Of a DNA stretch of 64,000 bases, positions 12,711 to 26,294 are shown piece by piece. The position numbers were made by a program, and so were the translations under genes. The stretch's first letter is position 1. Each line of letters starts with the position of its first letter. The notes below the pieces were generated by a model. That model was given only the letters and a program-made list of their open reading frames with translations. It was not told the DNA's origin and did no database searches. Source of the DNA: Nymphaea colorata (lineage: Eukaryota); assembly GCF_008831285.2 (NCBI RefSeq), contig NC_045138.2, forward strand, positions 17,298,001 to 17,362,000, read 5' to 3'.

Positions 12711-15700
12711 CAAAAGCAAACGGCACAACGTGAAATGGCGTTGCATGTAAAGGTGGCATGAGAAACACATAATAATATTATTATTATTATTATTATCATT
12801 ATTGTTATGCTAAAAATAAAAAAAATAAGTGGACGGAGCACCATAGATGCCCATGTCTATAATAATGTCCATCTTGTCTTCAATAATGGCGGACTCCATC
12901 GCGTTGCAGACACCAAAAAGATTGCAGTCATGTGGTTTGCTCCGTTGTGGATTTAGGCATCACATCAACCAAAAAGCAAGAATGGAAGATGTGAACGTGA
13001 AACCGCCATTTTTATTCGTAGCTTTTTCAGGAGTAACTGTGACGAATCTGGACCTGTCGAATGTATATCATCGTGCTTAACTCCAAAGCTCTGTTGAAAT
13101 TCCCTTTTCCTTCGCTTCTTTTGAAAAAAAAAATAACTCTAAAGAATGTGATCCCCACAAAAAACAAAGGGAGATCAATTTTGCTCTTAGAGTATGTTCA
13201 TTCGAAAACATAAAAAACGTCATGAAGTTTCTTGTAACAGTCTAGCCCAAAGTTAGCTAATTAATTGGAGCTCCTAGTTGAACGATCTTAATCCGTCTGA
13301 TTGTTTACTTCTACTTGTCCACCAAAAACATTTGAAATGGGTTGTGTGTTTGATTAACTTACATTTTAGATCAGAAGTGATATGGGTGAGATCTTAGATT
13401 TCAGGGTCTTAAATGTATGGTTTTTATCAAGAATAGTAGTTCATTTACTGGGTCTTTAATATGGACAACAACAGATTGGACTCAAATCGGATGTATACTT
13501 TACCATATCAGCTTTTTCATATATCTATATAGTCTGATTCGAATTTCAATAAAAAAAAATCTGTCCAAATCTGAAATCCAAATGCAAAACCGTAATCAGA
13601 TTTTAATTAACATCCAAATCCAACTTTTAAACTGAATCCAAACCATATTATAGACATTGAATATAGGGTATTTATTTAAAACTGTCCGATCTGAATACAA
13701 ATCCAAGCAGATGTCATTTTTTATGTCCAAATCTGATTGAAATTCTTAATCAGATATCAAAGTTATTTCCATATCCTTTTTTTTTTGTGGTTCAGTCCTA
13801 CATCAGATCCAAATCGGATTTATTGAAATCCTTAGTCTTTAATCCATGAATATCAAGTACCTCCGACATCTTCCTAGCTACTTTGTCCGGAGATTCATGA
13901 GTTTGAGAAATGATGATCTTGAATTCATGATTCTCAATCATATAATATGTTAGAAGCACAGATTTATGGTTCGGCTAGGTACGTGAAGTTAGGCTCTGAG
14001 ACCTCAGGTTCAGGAGTTTTTTAAGTTTCGTCCGCCCTAAAGTCAATACCTAGTTGTCTATGCATCCGGCTGACCTCAGTTTCGAGCTTTATGGTTCTTT
14101 TATAAACTCAGTAAAATTTTTGTTTTTAACTTTTTTGTTTTCAAAACAGAAAAACAACCCAGGTGCTATTCTTTTAATGAATGAATGGGCAATTCTAACT
14201 TGAAAAGACCACATAGAAAGTTGCAGTTAATATTTTTTTATCACCTTTGGGAAACTGCAGAGTTTTCCTCTGTCTTCAAATTGGGAGCAGAAGTGTAGCC
14301 AATATCAACAATTTCCAAAGCATGGGGCTACATGACTCACTGGACTCAGTTGATTGAAACATGAACTTCCTGAAAAGAAACAACTTATCTTGAAAGGTAA
14401 AAAGAAAAAAACCAAACCTTCTTGGATTGGAGCAAAAAGGAGGCAAGGAATGAAGCAGTGGGCAGTTGGGTGCACTACAATCGAATTTGAGTAGGGCTGG
14501 AAGAGAGAAGATGTCATGGGGATCTCCTGTTGAACACCAAGTTATGTTCTTGGATTCAGATAGTTAGAATGAATTCATCAATCAATTTTAGTCGAAATCA
14601 ATTCAAAATCAATCGCTTTTTTATCACTTTCGCATGCAAAAAACATCTTTTTGGTAACCACTTGCATATAATGACGTTCAGGCTTGGATATACGTTCCAT
14701 ATCAATATCAGGTTTGCACCATGTTTCTTGAAATAGCGCCACCAATGAAAAAAAATGGCATTATGCAAGAGAAAAGTCGAAGAGTTCTGGGTGGTGTTTT
14801 CTTCGTCTTCTGATTCCTGAACTTTCTCAAGCAAGTGCTATTCCTGCAATTTCTTACGTGGGTATAAAAATCACGGGCTCCACAAGCATAAGAGAAATCC
14901 ATTTGTGATTCTCACAACCTTCCACAGTGGAGACTTTTCTGACATGAGAAAGTGTGTGGAGCTAGAGTGTGACTGGCAACGACTAGAAACACTGTGACAA
15001 GCGAAAACGTATCCAAAAGCGCTTTTCCATCCCAAGGTGCCATCAATTCTTCTTGGAAAAATTTCTTTCTTATGCCGACGGTAGTTGGGCAGTCGGAGAG
15101 CCACATACAGGCTGTGAATTTCTCTCTTTTTCTCAAATTTCTTTCATTTTTACATTATAATCGTTTAATATTTACTTAGTTATACATGTAATTCAAATAT
15201 GAAAACTTGTGAATCAGTGCCCCACTAAAAAAATTTTCTAAATTTTTCTCCTTCCGCCACTGTAGCTGGAACGTCTGTGGAACAGAATGGTCTATTACAT
15301 ATAATGTTGAAAGGTTCGGCCTTGGCTCTTAGCTATAGCCGCCTACGTGTTTGGGCAAAACATATGATTTATAAGTGGGGAAAGGTTGGAATCTGGACTT
15401 CCATAATTTGACTCACTCGGGATTGTATAGAATTTGGATTTAGATTCGAATTCAGACCCTACTTTTTAAAACCCGGTTTAATTTGAATTCGACAAGCATA
15501 TGATTTAGCATTTATATGTAATTGGGTTCGATTATTATCGGACCTCAGTCTGATCATATCAGACTTGGATTCAGAATTGTCTGGTAAATGCATAGCAAAC
15601 CCAAATATTAAACAAAGTTGGCTAAAAGAAACCCAAATCGGATTGGTAATCAGGTATATCTAATCTAGTTACATCCCCACAACTTGAAGGTACTGATTAG

Positions 15701-15965
15701 AGTTTAAGTTGAGAAGTTCAATTCTGTGTGTCATTTGACTGTACCATGAAAAAAAGCAACCAAATAATTACTTTAAATCTGACATGTCACAACCGGTTTG
15801 ATGGAACTCATCCTGCTCTCTATCAGCTTCGTTTTTAGTCCAAAAAAAAAAACCATGAACCAAAACAACCAATCACTTAGCGAATCCTATTATAAGCCCT
15901 TAAAAGTTACTCACAATATTCGGTATGAGACTAAACTCTGAAAGTAAGACTTTCTAATATTGCAG

Positions 15966-16148
15966 GTGAAAAACACTGAGGGAGGAGCCAGGATTTTTTT
16001 TTTCAAAGGCGGACCAAACAGCCCAACGAACTTATCCGAGTAGAACCAAACTTTGGTGAGGATAGTGGACCAATGCTCTAATGGAGGACTGGACTTGGGC
16101 TGGTCTGCATTCCAGCAATTGGACACCAATGGCCATGGCTACCATTAG
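15966..16148 (+). pseudogene. PR-4 pseudogene, exon 2 only, interrupted and truncated
   Basis: Acceptor TTGCAG|GTG AAA AAC (VKN), then an unrelated insert, then 16056-16148 [30 protein letters not shown]. The downstream AATAAATATGCCTTCTT resembles the B-type 3' UTR. No intact exon 1 seen. Confidence 0.9.
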
Positions 16149-17112
16149 TGAGATGCTAAACGCACAGGGAGGAAGCATCTCCCCTTTACCATGTATGTGA
16201 AAGTATGGGAAGGCTAAGGCTAGCTCTACACCAGAAATAATATGTCTGAATAAATATGCCTTCTTAATAAAACCAACTTCTATCTCTCATCTTCTTTTTA
16301 GCTTTCATTTTTCATCACTATGAAGCGCTGGCGCTCAGGAGTTTGCTCTCCAAAATGGGTTTCCATTAGTGAAGTCAATGGATCCGAATATCTGATCAAA
16401 CTGCTGCAAAAAAGTCAGTAAGGAAAAAAAGTGAACATTTGATGAAGAAACCAAGTCAGATTTCGATTCAAAAAAATTACCATCTATGGATTTGGATTCA
16501 AATTTCAGTTAACGTCTGATAGGATACGTATGGAAAATATCTCGTATCTAATGTCCATGCATTTTGACAATGGTTACATTCAATTTGAATCGACATCCCT
16601 GATATTCGTTGACCGATTATGTGGGAGATAGCTTTCCGGATAAGCCAAAGCTAATTTCTCTGATACTGTGCGCTTTCAACGTCTGGTTGGTGATGACTTC
16701 ACAGGCGCCTTCCTCCGAAAATGATGTGAAAACTGTTTCCAATATGAAGATTGGCACTGAGGTAAGCAACTTGACGTCAACGGAGTACAATCCATCTTCT
16801 TCTACCATATTCCCGAGTATACTCTAAATGTTTTGGCTCTTTTTATCTCTCTCTCTCTTTCTCTAGGGAACCTCTTGTCTCCAAATTTTGTTATATATTC
16901 TCATTTTATCATCTCTCTAGCTAATCATCTAATCAATTCAATGCAAATCGATGATTGACAAAAAATCATGAAGAAAAATATACAAATAATAGTAGACTAC
17001 GAAAATATTTTTCACATTTTTCTCTTTGTTTTTCTCTTTCTCTTACCATTCAGATGAATTGAATGAGTCTTATTAAATGGAAAGATGGTTTTAAAATGCT
17101 AGAACTGCCATT

Positions 17113-17218
<106 letters not shown>

Positions 17219-17381
17219 TTGCCAAAACTTATTATGTGCCTTACCTTACGGAAAAATTAAAGGCATTATAAGAAACTAACTTCAGTTTTCCACGAAAGCC
17301 CGCTGCCTCACGTTACCCGGACGAGTTCCAGTGGAACCTGCCTAGTGCCTTCATGTTCACACAAATTATCAGAACGGGACC

Positions 17382-17393
17382 TTGACCTTGACC
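17382..17393 (+). promoter_or_regulatory. Tandem W-boxes (TTGACC x2) in the PR-4 A1 promoter
   Basis: TTGACCTTGACC ~350 bp upstream of the ATG. W-boxes are WRKY sites typical of PR genes. Confidence 0.6.
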
Positions 17394-17741
17394 CGATGAC
17401 GATCTCCACAAGTCATCGTTTAAGTGTTTTTTTTTCAATGTGATGCGAATGATCTTATATTTATGATTAAATTTATTATCAATATTATTATAAAATAATG
17501 GCCATAAACATTTTTTAATTGTCAGCCAGTCTCGCCGTTTTGAATGTTTCCTCTTCTCGCTCTCACTTTGATTTTTTATTATTATTTGCCTTTTAATACA
17601 TGCAGGTTTTTTCTTCAAGCCGGGCATAACTGAACCGGTACTATTTTATAACTGAGAAGGGCATTTTGGTCATCAACGAAAAGTTACCACCTATAAAATA
17701 GGCTTCTGCACACAGCTCGGTACACAAACATTGTAGCTGCA

Positions 17742-18411
17742 ATGAGGTCTCTGCAAGCTCTTCTCTTCCTTTGGGTGGTGGCCATGGCTTCCAGCTGGGC
17801 TGGGACTCAGGCAACCGTCGTTCGAGCCACCTACCACTACTACAATCCATCACAGATCAACTGGGACCTTAGGGCCGCAAGCACTTACTGTGCTACATGG
17901 GATGCTGACAAGCCCCTCTCATGGCGCCAACAATATGGGTGGACCGCCTTTTGCGGCCCTGATAGCCCCGGTGCTCAGGCTGCATGTGGGCAGTGCCTTC
18001 AGGTTCGTTAGCCTCGACTCTTTTTCATGTTAAAAGTGTTTGATATGAGGAATATTTTGTAAGTGTTTTATGAATCTATCTCAAAAATTAAAAGTGATTC
18101 ATATATATATCATTGAGAGCATTGCAAGTGTTGCTAATGTCAAACAACCCTCAAAGAAAACAGCTTTTTATTGAGTTCTTATAAACTTTTTACTCCAAAT
18201 TTCTGCATCAAACTATCGAAGGACTCATAAGATCTCACGTATGCAGGTGAGGAACGTAGCAACAAACGCCCAGACAACGGTGAGAATAGTGGACCAGTGT
18301 GGTAACGGAGGGCTTGACCTGGACTGGGGAGTCTTTCAGCAGCTGGACACCGACGGGCAGGGCTACCAGCGGGGCAGCATGACCGTCGACTACCAGTTCG
18401 TCGGCTGCTAG
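17742..18411 (+). CDS. PR4: PR-4 class II Barwin-domain protein, copy A1 (141 aa); exons 17742-18002, 18247-18411
   Basis: Signal peptide, then [92 protein letters not shown]. Six Barwin Cys, phase-0 GT-AG intron, TATAAAA at 17692. Confidence 0.96.
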
Positions 18412-20036
18412 GGTGCGAGAAGATTGAATAGCTGAGAAGGCCAATATTATGCAGCTTGCTAGCTGGCTGCAGATCTATTAGCTATAGCTAGCATGTTTCA
18501 ATGCAATATGAAATTAATAAACGGAATAAGAAAGCCTTCTTCGATTACAAATACAAGTTATACTGATTTGCTTAAATTACAAAAAGTTGTCCCAAGGTGC
18601 TGGAAAAGTAAATCGATCCTTGGGTTATCCAAGTTCCATAAAACGGCATTTGATTTGGTGATATGTCCTACTTCGCAAAGCAAACACCTTAAATATAAGT
18701 AGCATGCAACATCGATTTGGCAATTGAAAGAGAGATCGAAACTCTCCTTTCCTTTCTTTCCTATGTCCCCGAGGTCGAGGAATGCTTCGGAACATGAGAA
18801 GAGAGCAAGATACTCATCAACTAAAGTTTGCTTATAATTTAAAAAATAGCATCTACAGGAATCAAACTGACGATCTTACAGCCATACAACATTGATTTGG
18901 GCAATAGGGTTTGATGCCGAATATCCACAAATGGTTGGGAAGGTCCACTCATATGTTTGGCCATTGGGCATGTGGGATTCATATTCTCCGTCCAAAACAG
19001 GCAACCATGGCCAGGTAGGGGATCTAATAATCCTCGCCACCTATCAAACAGTGGATTAGATCTCCTTTTGAATTCAAATTTTCACATTAACTATACTCTC
19101 CTTTATCCCAGCTATCAGATTATAGAGCCGGATTTGGACGCGTTTAGCCAAAAGAAAATAATATTTTGAATAATTGGAGTGTAGATTTGTGAATCAAACA
19201 GAATTCAACTCCAAAATCCAGCAATGAACCGACTGGAGTGCATGTAAATGTTGAATCTTAATTCTTATGTCCGTGGAATCCCAACCCAGTTTCTAAGAAT
19301 ATGCCGAGTCTGAATCCAGTTACAGGAGACCCGATAAATGCTGAATTTGAACCGATTTGAAACTTGAAGTAAAATATTGTTGAGATGAGCGACCAGCGAA
19401 CTGCATATTTCGAAGTCTTTGCATGATAAATTGCTTTTTATGCATATAAATATAAGCGTTTCTTCAGTAGTATACGCCCAAGTCACGTTTCAGTTAAATG
19501 ACTTGATAATGACCATGGTTCTCGTCAGAGTTAGGGTGTGTTTGATTACTTTGGATCTGAAATCCGAATGTTGATCTCAGATTTCTTCTATGCATGACCC
19601 ACTGTAAACGAACGTTGAATTTTATTACTTTGTGAAAAAGAAGATTTGCAGTCCTCAGTTTATTCCAAATCTAAGGTCGATGAGAGGGCGGTCGGACTTT
19701 ACGTCTATGTGGATTTGATATTCTCAATAAAGTTAAAATGGAAGGAGAAAAAAATGGAAAACTACATTTTAGCTGATTCGTGTTAGCATTCATGGTGATA
19801 CATCAGGGTTCCAAGTGTCTCGATTCAAATGGAGCTTCTGACTTCTGACCCGTCGTTTTATACTTGAAAACTGCATGCAAAGATAAGAACGATGTGTTTT
19901 TCAATAGAATATGACACATGTATTGAAAATGCCGGTTCTGTTTTAGAGGAAAGTTGCGATCATATCCCTTGTTCTAGTGCTGGACTTGAGCACCACGTTT
20001 AGAATTTTACTATGTCCATTTGAAACATGTGCCTCA

Positions 20037-20094
<58 letters not shown>

Positions 20095-20108
20095 CAAAAG
20101 AGCATGGT

Positions 20109-20297
20109 CAGGGGCGGAGGGTGGGGGCCGCCTAGGCCATGGCCCCATCCTGGCCAATGAAAAAAAAAATTATTGAAAAAAATATAATTTTTTAATTGCG
20201 TCATGTATTTTTTGGATTTGAATTCAATTTGGCCCTACATAGATCCAGAGATTGGACTGTCGGCCCACTCTTAAAGAAAATCCTGGCTCCGCTCCTG
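20109..20297. mobile_element. hAT-type MITE
   Basis: TIRs CAGGGGCGGAG / CTCCGCTCCTG; 8-bp TSD AGCATGGT / CGCATGGT (7 of 8 match). Confidence 0.85.
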
Positions 20298-21503
20298 CGC
20301 ATGGTTATTTTAGTTAAAGACCCTCCAAAGCCTCATACTAGCCAAACGTCCAACCGGACTGCTTATAAATCTTCTTCCTTGTATAAGTGAAAGTTACTTT
20401 TGAACTTTTGAGGTCATTTGACAATTGAAAAAATTTTGTTACAATTTCATGAATTTTACTCTATGAAAGAGTAATAAATTGTTATTGTTACCAAACGTCC
20501 CAAAATTTATTGATAAGAACGGCGTCATTTTGTCATGAAGGGGTCAAATTTTGGGTGCATGCACGTGTAATTGAAGTTAGTCTTCTTAATCAAGTTTATA
20601 TGGATTAATAATACCTAGACCACAGGTTGCTCAAGCATCCAAAGCAGTCTGACTATACAAAAAAATTCATTTGTTTTATATAAAAATTTTTACAAGTAAT
20701 ATTTTGGCCCTCGTCAAAATTTAAAAACTTCAATTTGGCCTGACTCTTGAAAATTTTCGGGATCCGTCCTGCATATGGGTCCCGCAAAATTCAGATCGGA
20801 CAATATCAAACTTATCCTAAATGTCTTTTATGTTGCACGTGGTGAATTTTCAAGCAATTTTTTTTTTTTTTGGCGGGGGTGGCTCAAAAAACGTCCGCCT
20901 TGGCCTCTACTACTGGAGGCAGACGGGTCACACGACATGGAAGATATCTAGATATGACCAAAGATTTTAGCTATAGCAGCCCTAGTGATAAAAGGGAAGT
21001 TGAAGAGAGGCTCTATTCTAAAGCATTTGGTTTAGTTTCTATCCTTTTCTCTCATGAGCTGCATGTATGCCCCCTGATATACACAGGGGATGGTGAGAAA
21101 TTTTTTTATTGCAGGGGTGTGACTATAGATTCAAAAATTCAATAGGAGACGAAATATAATTTTTTAAAATTTTTTGTATAGGTAAACTAAAATTTTAAAC
21201 TTTTACATATAAAAATATGAATTTTAAAAAATCTGACATACCAATTAGCTATCTTCCCAAATATTAGACTTATGTATATGATGAGCTCAAACTGGTGATA
21301 TTTGTTTACATTTAATAGGAAGAGCTATTCCAGAAAATGAATTTGAACAATGAACTTGTTTGATATTGAAAGAATAGGATTGCAGTAAGCCTGATAAGGT
21401 CGAGGGTTGATAATTTTTAGGATTCTGCCCCAGCTTGTCTCAGTTCATCGCTGTCTGTGCACCTCTTAGCTGATCAACAAGCTTGTCCTTTGAAATGACT
21501 TTA

Positions 21504-21721
21504 GAGGCTGTTTGATAAGCAGAACATTGTGTTCCTAGAATTTATGCATGTTTATATAACAATTCTTTGATATTGGAAGACATGTTTTTGTCCCCAAAAA
21601 AAAAAGATGATATGATTATGTCAACTTTTTAGTCATGGATTCAGAAGCAACATCTATAATGACATCATGTTTTCTGATTATATATTTAAAAGATAAAATG
21701 TTCTTCTTATCAAACACCCTT
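21504..21721. mobile_element. Tourist-like MITE
   Basis: TIRs GAGGCTGTTTGATAAG / CTTATCAAACACCCTT, flanked by TTA on both sides. Confidence 0.8.
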
Positions 21722-23147
21722 TTAAGGTTGTAAATGGTACAAGTTTAGTTTGAAGATTTTGTCAGTTTCTGAAGTACCGTCCTGGACTTGATCTGGCATC
21801 ATTGATGTTCAGCATTCTTTCTTATTAGAGTTCACATTTTAGACCTTCTCTCTAAACCTTGAATTATTTTCAGACCCCAATAAAATTCTGTATACTTAAA
21901 AAAGACTAGCCAAAACTACACTTTACATTTTCAATCATTTGGTTGGCTGAGGTTCAGTTAATAAATCTCGAAGGTTGGCACAAGAGTTTGGGGTACAGCT
22001 AATAGGTGGTCAGTTTTCATTTTAAATGTCAAAGGCATCGACCACTTATGCTACAAAAGAAGGGCTACTGATGCGCAAGTTGAAGCAAAGAGAGCCCGGG
22101 CGTTGGGAACACACAAAAAACAAGAGGCTAAGTAAAAGCTTCTGCTTTTTTATGAGCACTTGAATATTCTAAATGTTTTCCGCTGACAAGTATATTACAG
22201 GCCACAAGAAATGTCAAACTCACGCGGAATTGTCTTATGGGGTCGGCTTTTGGTGTCATGTTCTCTGGTGGTGAAGAATCAAACGGATGGTATGGTTATG
22301 AGTATTCATGTCAAATTTTCCACACTCACATTGCCATTAGCAAGAAGAATAACTTTGTTATCCAAAATAACATGGCCATCTAATCAGGGTCGTTCATGTA
22401 AAGCAGATGTGTGGTTAGAAGAAAATCAAAGAGAGAAACGTGTAAATTAATGTTAAGTGATGAAAATGTTTATAACTTTCTTTTATCATTTTTCTCTCAA
22501 CGATCAATCATATAATATATCAAGCAGCTCTCGGTAGATAGTTGTACAACTTTGAGAAGCTAGAGTCACTGTTTAATTTTATAATATATATATATATATG
22601 CACACACGCCAACCATGTGACGTAACCGGACGCTGTTTCTTCCTATAGTCATATATATTGTAAGCGTTTAAAAGCAAGTGCCGAACAAAAAAAACTGCAA
22701 AGTTAGGAAACATTAAGGGAATTAACTTTAGTTTTCCACGGGGGCCCGCTGCCTCTCGTTCCCCGGACGAGGTCCAGTGGAATCTGCCTTCATATTCACA
22801 TAAATTACCAAAACAGGACCCGAGGTCCGTCTCCACAAGTCGTTGTTTAAGTGTTTTCTCTCCATGCGAGTGAACGAGTAAATCTGCCATTGACACTGTT
22901 ATAAAATAATGGTCATAAATATATTTTTTAATTGTGAGTCAGCCTCGCTGCCTTTATTGTTTCCTCTCCTCGCGCTCACCTTGTCCTTTTCTTTGTTACT
23001 TGCTTTTTAAGATATACAGCTGGTCTAATTGAAGCCGGAAATACCTGTGAAGGACATTTTGGTCATCAAGGAAAAATTTCTACCTATAAGTAGGCCTCTG
23101 TCTTCGGGTCATGCACACAAGTCTCGTACAGTAACATTGTAGCTGCA

Positions 23148-23814
23148 ATGAGGTCTCTGCAAGCTCTTCTCTTCCTTTGGGTGGTGGCCATGGCTTCCAG
23201 CTGGGCTGGGACTCAGGCAACCGTTGTTCGAGCCACCTACCACTACTACAATCCATCACAGATCAACTGGGACCTTAGGGCCGCAAGCACTTACTGTGCT
23301 ACATGGGATGCTGACAAGCCCCTCTCATGGCGCCAACAATATGGGTGGACCGCCTTTTGCGGCCCTGATAGCCCCGGTGCTCAGGCTGCATGTGGCCAGT
23401 GCTTGCAGGTTTGTCGACCTTCACTCATTGTTCCATCTCATTAGGCGATTGTTTGACATCAAGAACACTTTGTCAATGTTTCATGAATTTACTTCAGAAA
23501 TTGAGAATTAAAGTCATTTCATGAAAAGTTTAGAAAAGTGTCCATGCTACCAAACAACTCTATAAAGAATATGTTTTTGGTTGAGTCCCTATAAACTTTT
23601 GTACTTCTAATTTCTGCACCAAAGGACTAAGAAGATGTCATGTATGCAGGTGAGGAACGTGGCAACAAACGCCCAGACAAAGGTGAGAATAGTGGACAAG
23701 TGTGCTAATGGAGGGCTTGACCTGGACTGGGGAGTCTTCAAGCAGCTGGACACCAACGGGCAGGGCTACCAGAAGGGCAGCATGACCGTCGACTACCAGT
23801 TCGTCGGCTGCTAG
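23148..23814 (+). CDS. PR4: PR-4 class II Barwin-domain protein, copy A2 (141 aa); exons 23148-23408, 23650-23814
   Basis: Exon 1 peptide identical to A1; exon 2 reads [54 protein letters not shown]. Confidence 0.96.
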
Positions 23815-24868
23815 GATGCGAGAAGATTGAATAACTGAGAAGGCCAATATTATGCAGCTTGCTATCTGGCTGCAGATGTTATTCGCTAGCATGTTTACAT
23901 GCACTATATAAATTAATAAAAGGAATAAGAAAGCCTTCTTCAATCACAAATACAGGTCATGTTGATGATTTTGCTTAAATTTCGAAAGAGTTATCCCAAG
24001 GTGCTGGTGCAGTGAATCGTTCCTTGGCTTGAATTAGGGCGTGTTTGATAGCCTCGCATCTCAAATCTTAGAGTGATCGAAAAAATCCTTTGAAATCCTC
24101 AGTTTATAGCCAAAACTTGGTGACAAGGGGGAGTCTGATCTATTATTTCCAAAGAAGTCTACAATGAGAGGCGCAAAAGAATAAAGACATTTTAGTTGAT
24201 GTCAGACACCCCAGCGAAGGTGGACACGCATTAACATTCATGGTGATGCATGAGGGTTCCAAGTGTGAGGTAGGCTTGACGCATCTTTCATGACATAAGC
24301 CTTTGAACGAGTGATGAAAATCTAACCCCATAGCTGTTCCTTTTTTCAACTTTGTCCTTGCTCTCATTGACTGGCACTTGGGATTAGGTTCCGATCCGTG
24401 ACTTGCTAGTTGGACTTACTCAGATTGTAATTAACTTTTAACTTGGATTGAAATTCATTTTTAAAAAGTGAATTTGGATCCGACCGGTATAAGATCTTTC
24501 TGAGACCTCAGTCGAATATCGAACTTGGGTACTGATTTGGGTCTGAAAATTACATGCTGATTAACAAAAACATTTGGATTTCTTTATCGAATTCAACTAA
24601 ACCAATTTGAAATCCAATCCAGTGATCGAACATACCTAAACTTTTTACGGCTCTAGATGTCATGATTCTTTTGACCTATCCAACCCTACTTGCCCTTAGA
24701 AAACCAAGAAATTAATGAAATGCTGACCAGCCCCGTAACGTGTAAAAATTGTGAAAGTATATTCAATTTGAATCCCATTCATTGACATTCTTAATATTCA
24801 TTGATGAGTTATGTGCAAAATAGTTTTCAAGACAAGCCAAAGCTAGTTTCCATGACAGTGCTTTTAAC

Positions 24869-25041
24869 CATGGGGTGGAGGGAGGGGGTGGGCCACCTAT
24901 GCCATGGCCCCACCCCAACTACTTAAAAAAAAATACATTAAAAAAATTAAAAAGTTTTAATTGTACAATGTATTTTTTATATTAGAGTTCAGTTTATTCG
25001 AGGTGGCTCGCCTTTAAAAAAAAAACGTGGTCTCGCTCATG
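24869..25041. mobile_element. hAT-type MITE, same family as 20109-20297
   Basis: Perfect 8-bp TSD CTTTTAAC; shared GCCATGGCCCCA.CC motif; the paralogous site near 16670 lacks it. A decayed relative lies near 59230-59380. Confidence 0.85.
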
Positions 25042-25315
25042 CTTTTAACATAAAGATTTCACAAGCACCTGCCTCCAAAAATGACAAGAAACTGTTTCAA
25101 ATATGAAAAATGACAAGAAACTGTTTCAAATATGAAGATTGGCACCCAACTAGACTACAATCCATTTTCTTCTACCATATACCCAAGTATTCTAAACATG
25201 TTTTTCAAAGTCACTTGATAATATATATGCTTTGGCATTCGCATTCCGCACTGATCATTGAAAAGCTTATTTTTATAAAATAAAATTTAAAAAATTTAAA
25301 GAGAACCACGACGAA

Positions 25316-25362
<47 letters not shown>

Positions 25363-25864
25363 ACGCCTCCCCTTGTGAAGTTGTCAATTTCCTTCGACCC
25401 AAAGAATTTCCTTTGCCTTAACTGGAAAGTTAAGGGACATTGTGGGAATTAACTTCAGTTCTCCACGGCGGCCCGCTGCCTCTCGTTATCCAGACGAGGT
25501 CCAGTGGAATCTGCCTTCGTATTCATGTAAATTACCAAAACGGGACCTTGACCTGATGTCCTTCTCCACACGTCATGACTCATTCCTTTAAGTGCTTTTT
25601 CTCCAAGTGAGTGACCTCAGAGTTACGATTAAATTTATTATTAATATTGTTATAAAAACTTGGTTTTAAATATTTTTTAATTGTGAGTCAGCCTCGCTGT
25701 TTTAATTGTCTCCTCTTCTCGCCCTCATCTTAACCTTTTCAATATTACTTGCTTTTTAAGATATGCACGTCATTTATTGAAGCCGGAAATGCCTTAAAGG
25801 TAAAATTTAAGGCCTGTGAAGGGCATTTTGGTCATCACAGATCATCTACACTAACCTTGTTGTG

Positions 25865-26255
25865 GGCCTACGGATGTCAATACATACAATCTTTTCATAT
25901 ATTCACATATTTGGATTGGAATTTAGATTCAAATTCTAATAAAAAAAGTCATATTTAAATTTGAATTTGAATTTGAATTCAAAATTCAATTTTAAAATCT
26001 AAACCCGAATCTGAATTTTGAACCAGATTTTTCCAATTCTCATATTTTAATAGCATTGGATAAGGATATTTATAAAAAAAAATGAATCTGATCCAAATCA
26101 ATATCCGAATCTGATCAGATATTTATGTATGTCTGAATCCAAATCCGATCGAATGCCATTTGTTAAATCTGAATCTATCCTATTCCTTAATCGGGTATTA
26201 AATTTTTTTTTTCATGTCTGATTTTTTTTTTATCAGTCAGACATCTAATTCAAAT
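25865..26255. repeat. Dispersed AATCCGAATC/GGATTTGGAT-rich repeat, probably a non-autonomous DNA transposon; relatives near 13460-13830, 15380-15680, 18900-19340, 24390-24640, 26570-26830
   Basis: Recurrent GGATCC/AATCCAAATC/TCTGAATC motifs. Termini not resolved. Confidence 0.55.
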
Positions 26256-26294
26256 CCTCTACATGTTCTTCTCTTGGTTTGGGTGGTGGCAATG
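26256..26294 (+). pseudogene. Relic of an A-type PR-4 signal-peptide coding segment
   Basis: CTACATGTTCTTCTCTTGGTTTGGGTGGTGGCAATG = LHVLLLVWVVAM versus [12 protein letters not shown] in A1/A2. Lies downstream of an A-type promoter copy (about 25420-25840) and an intervening repeat. Confidence 0.65.

Noticed and set aside
15305..15340. TGGCTCTTAGCT match to the B-type start region as a lost exon 1 of the 15966 pseudogene
   Set aside because: Only ~12 bp of identity with no further exon-1 similarity.
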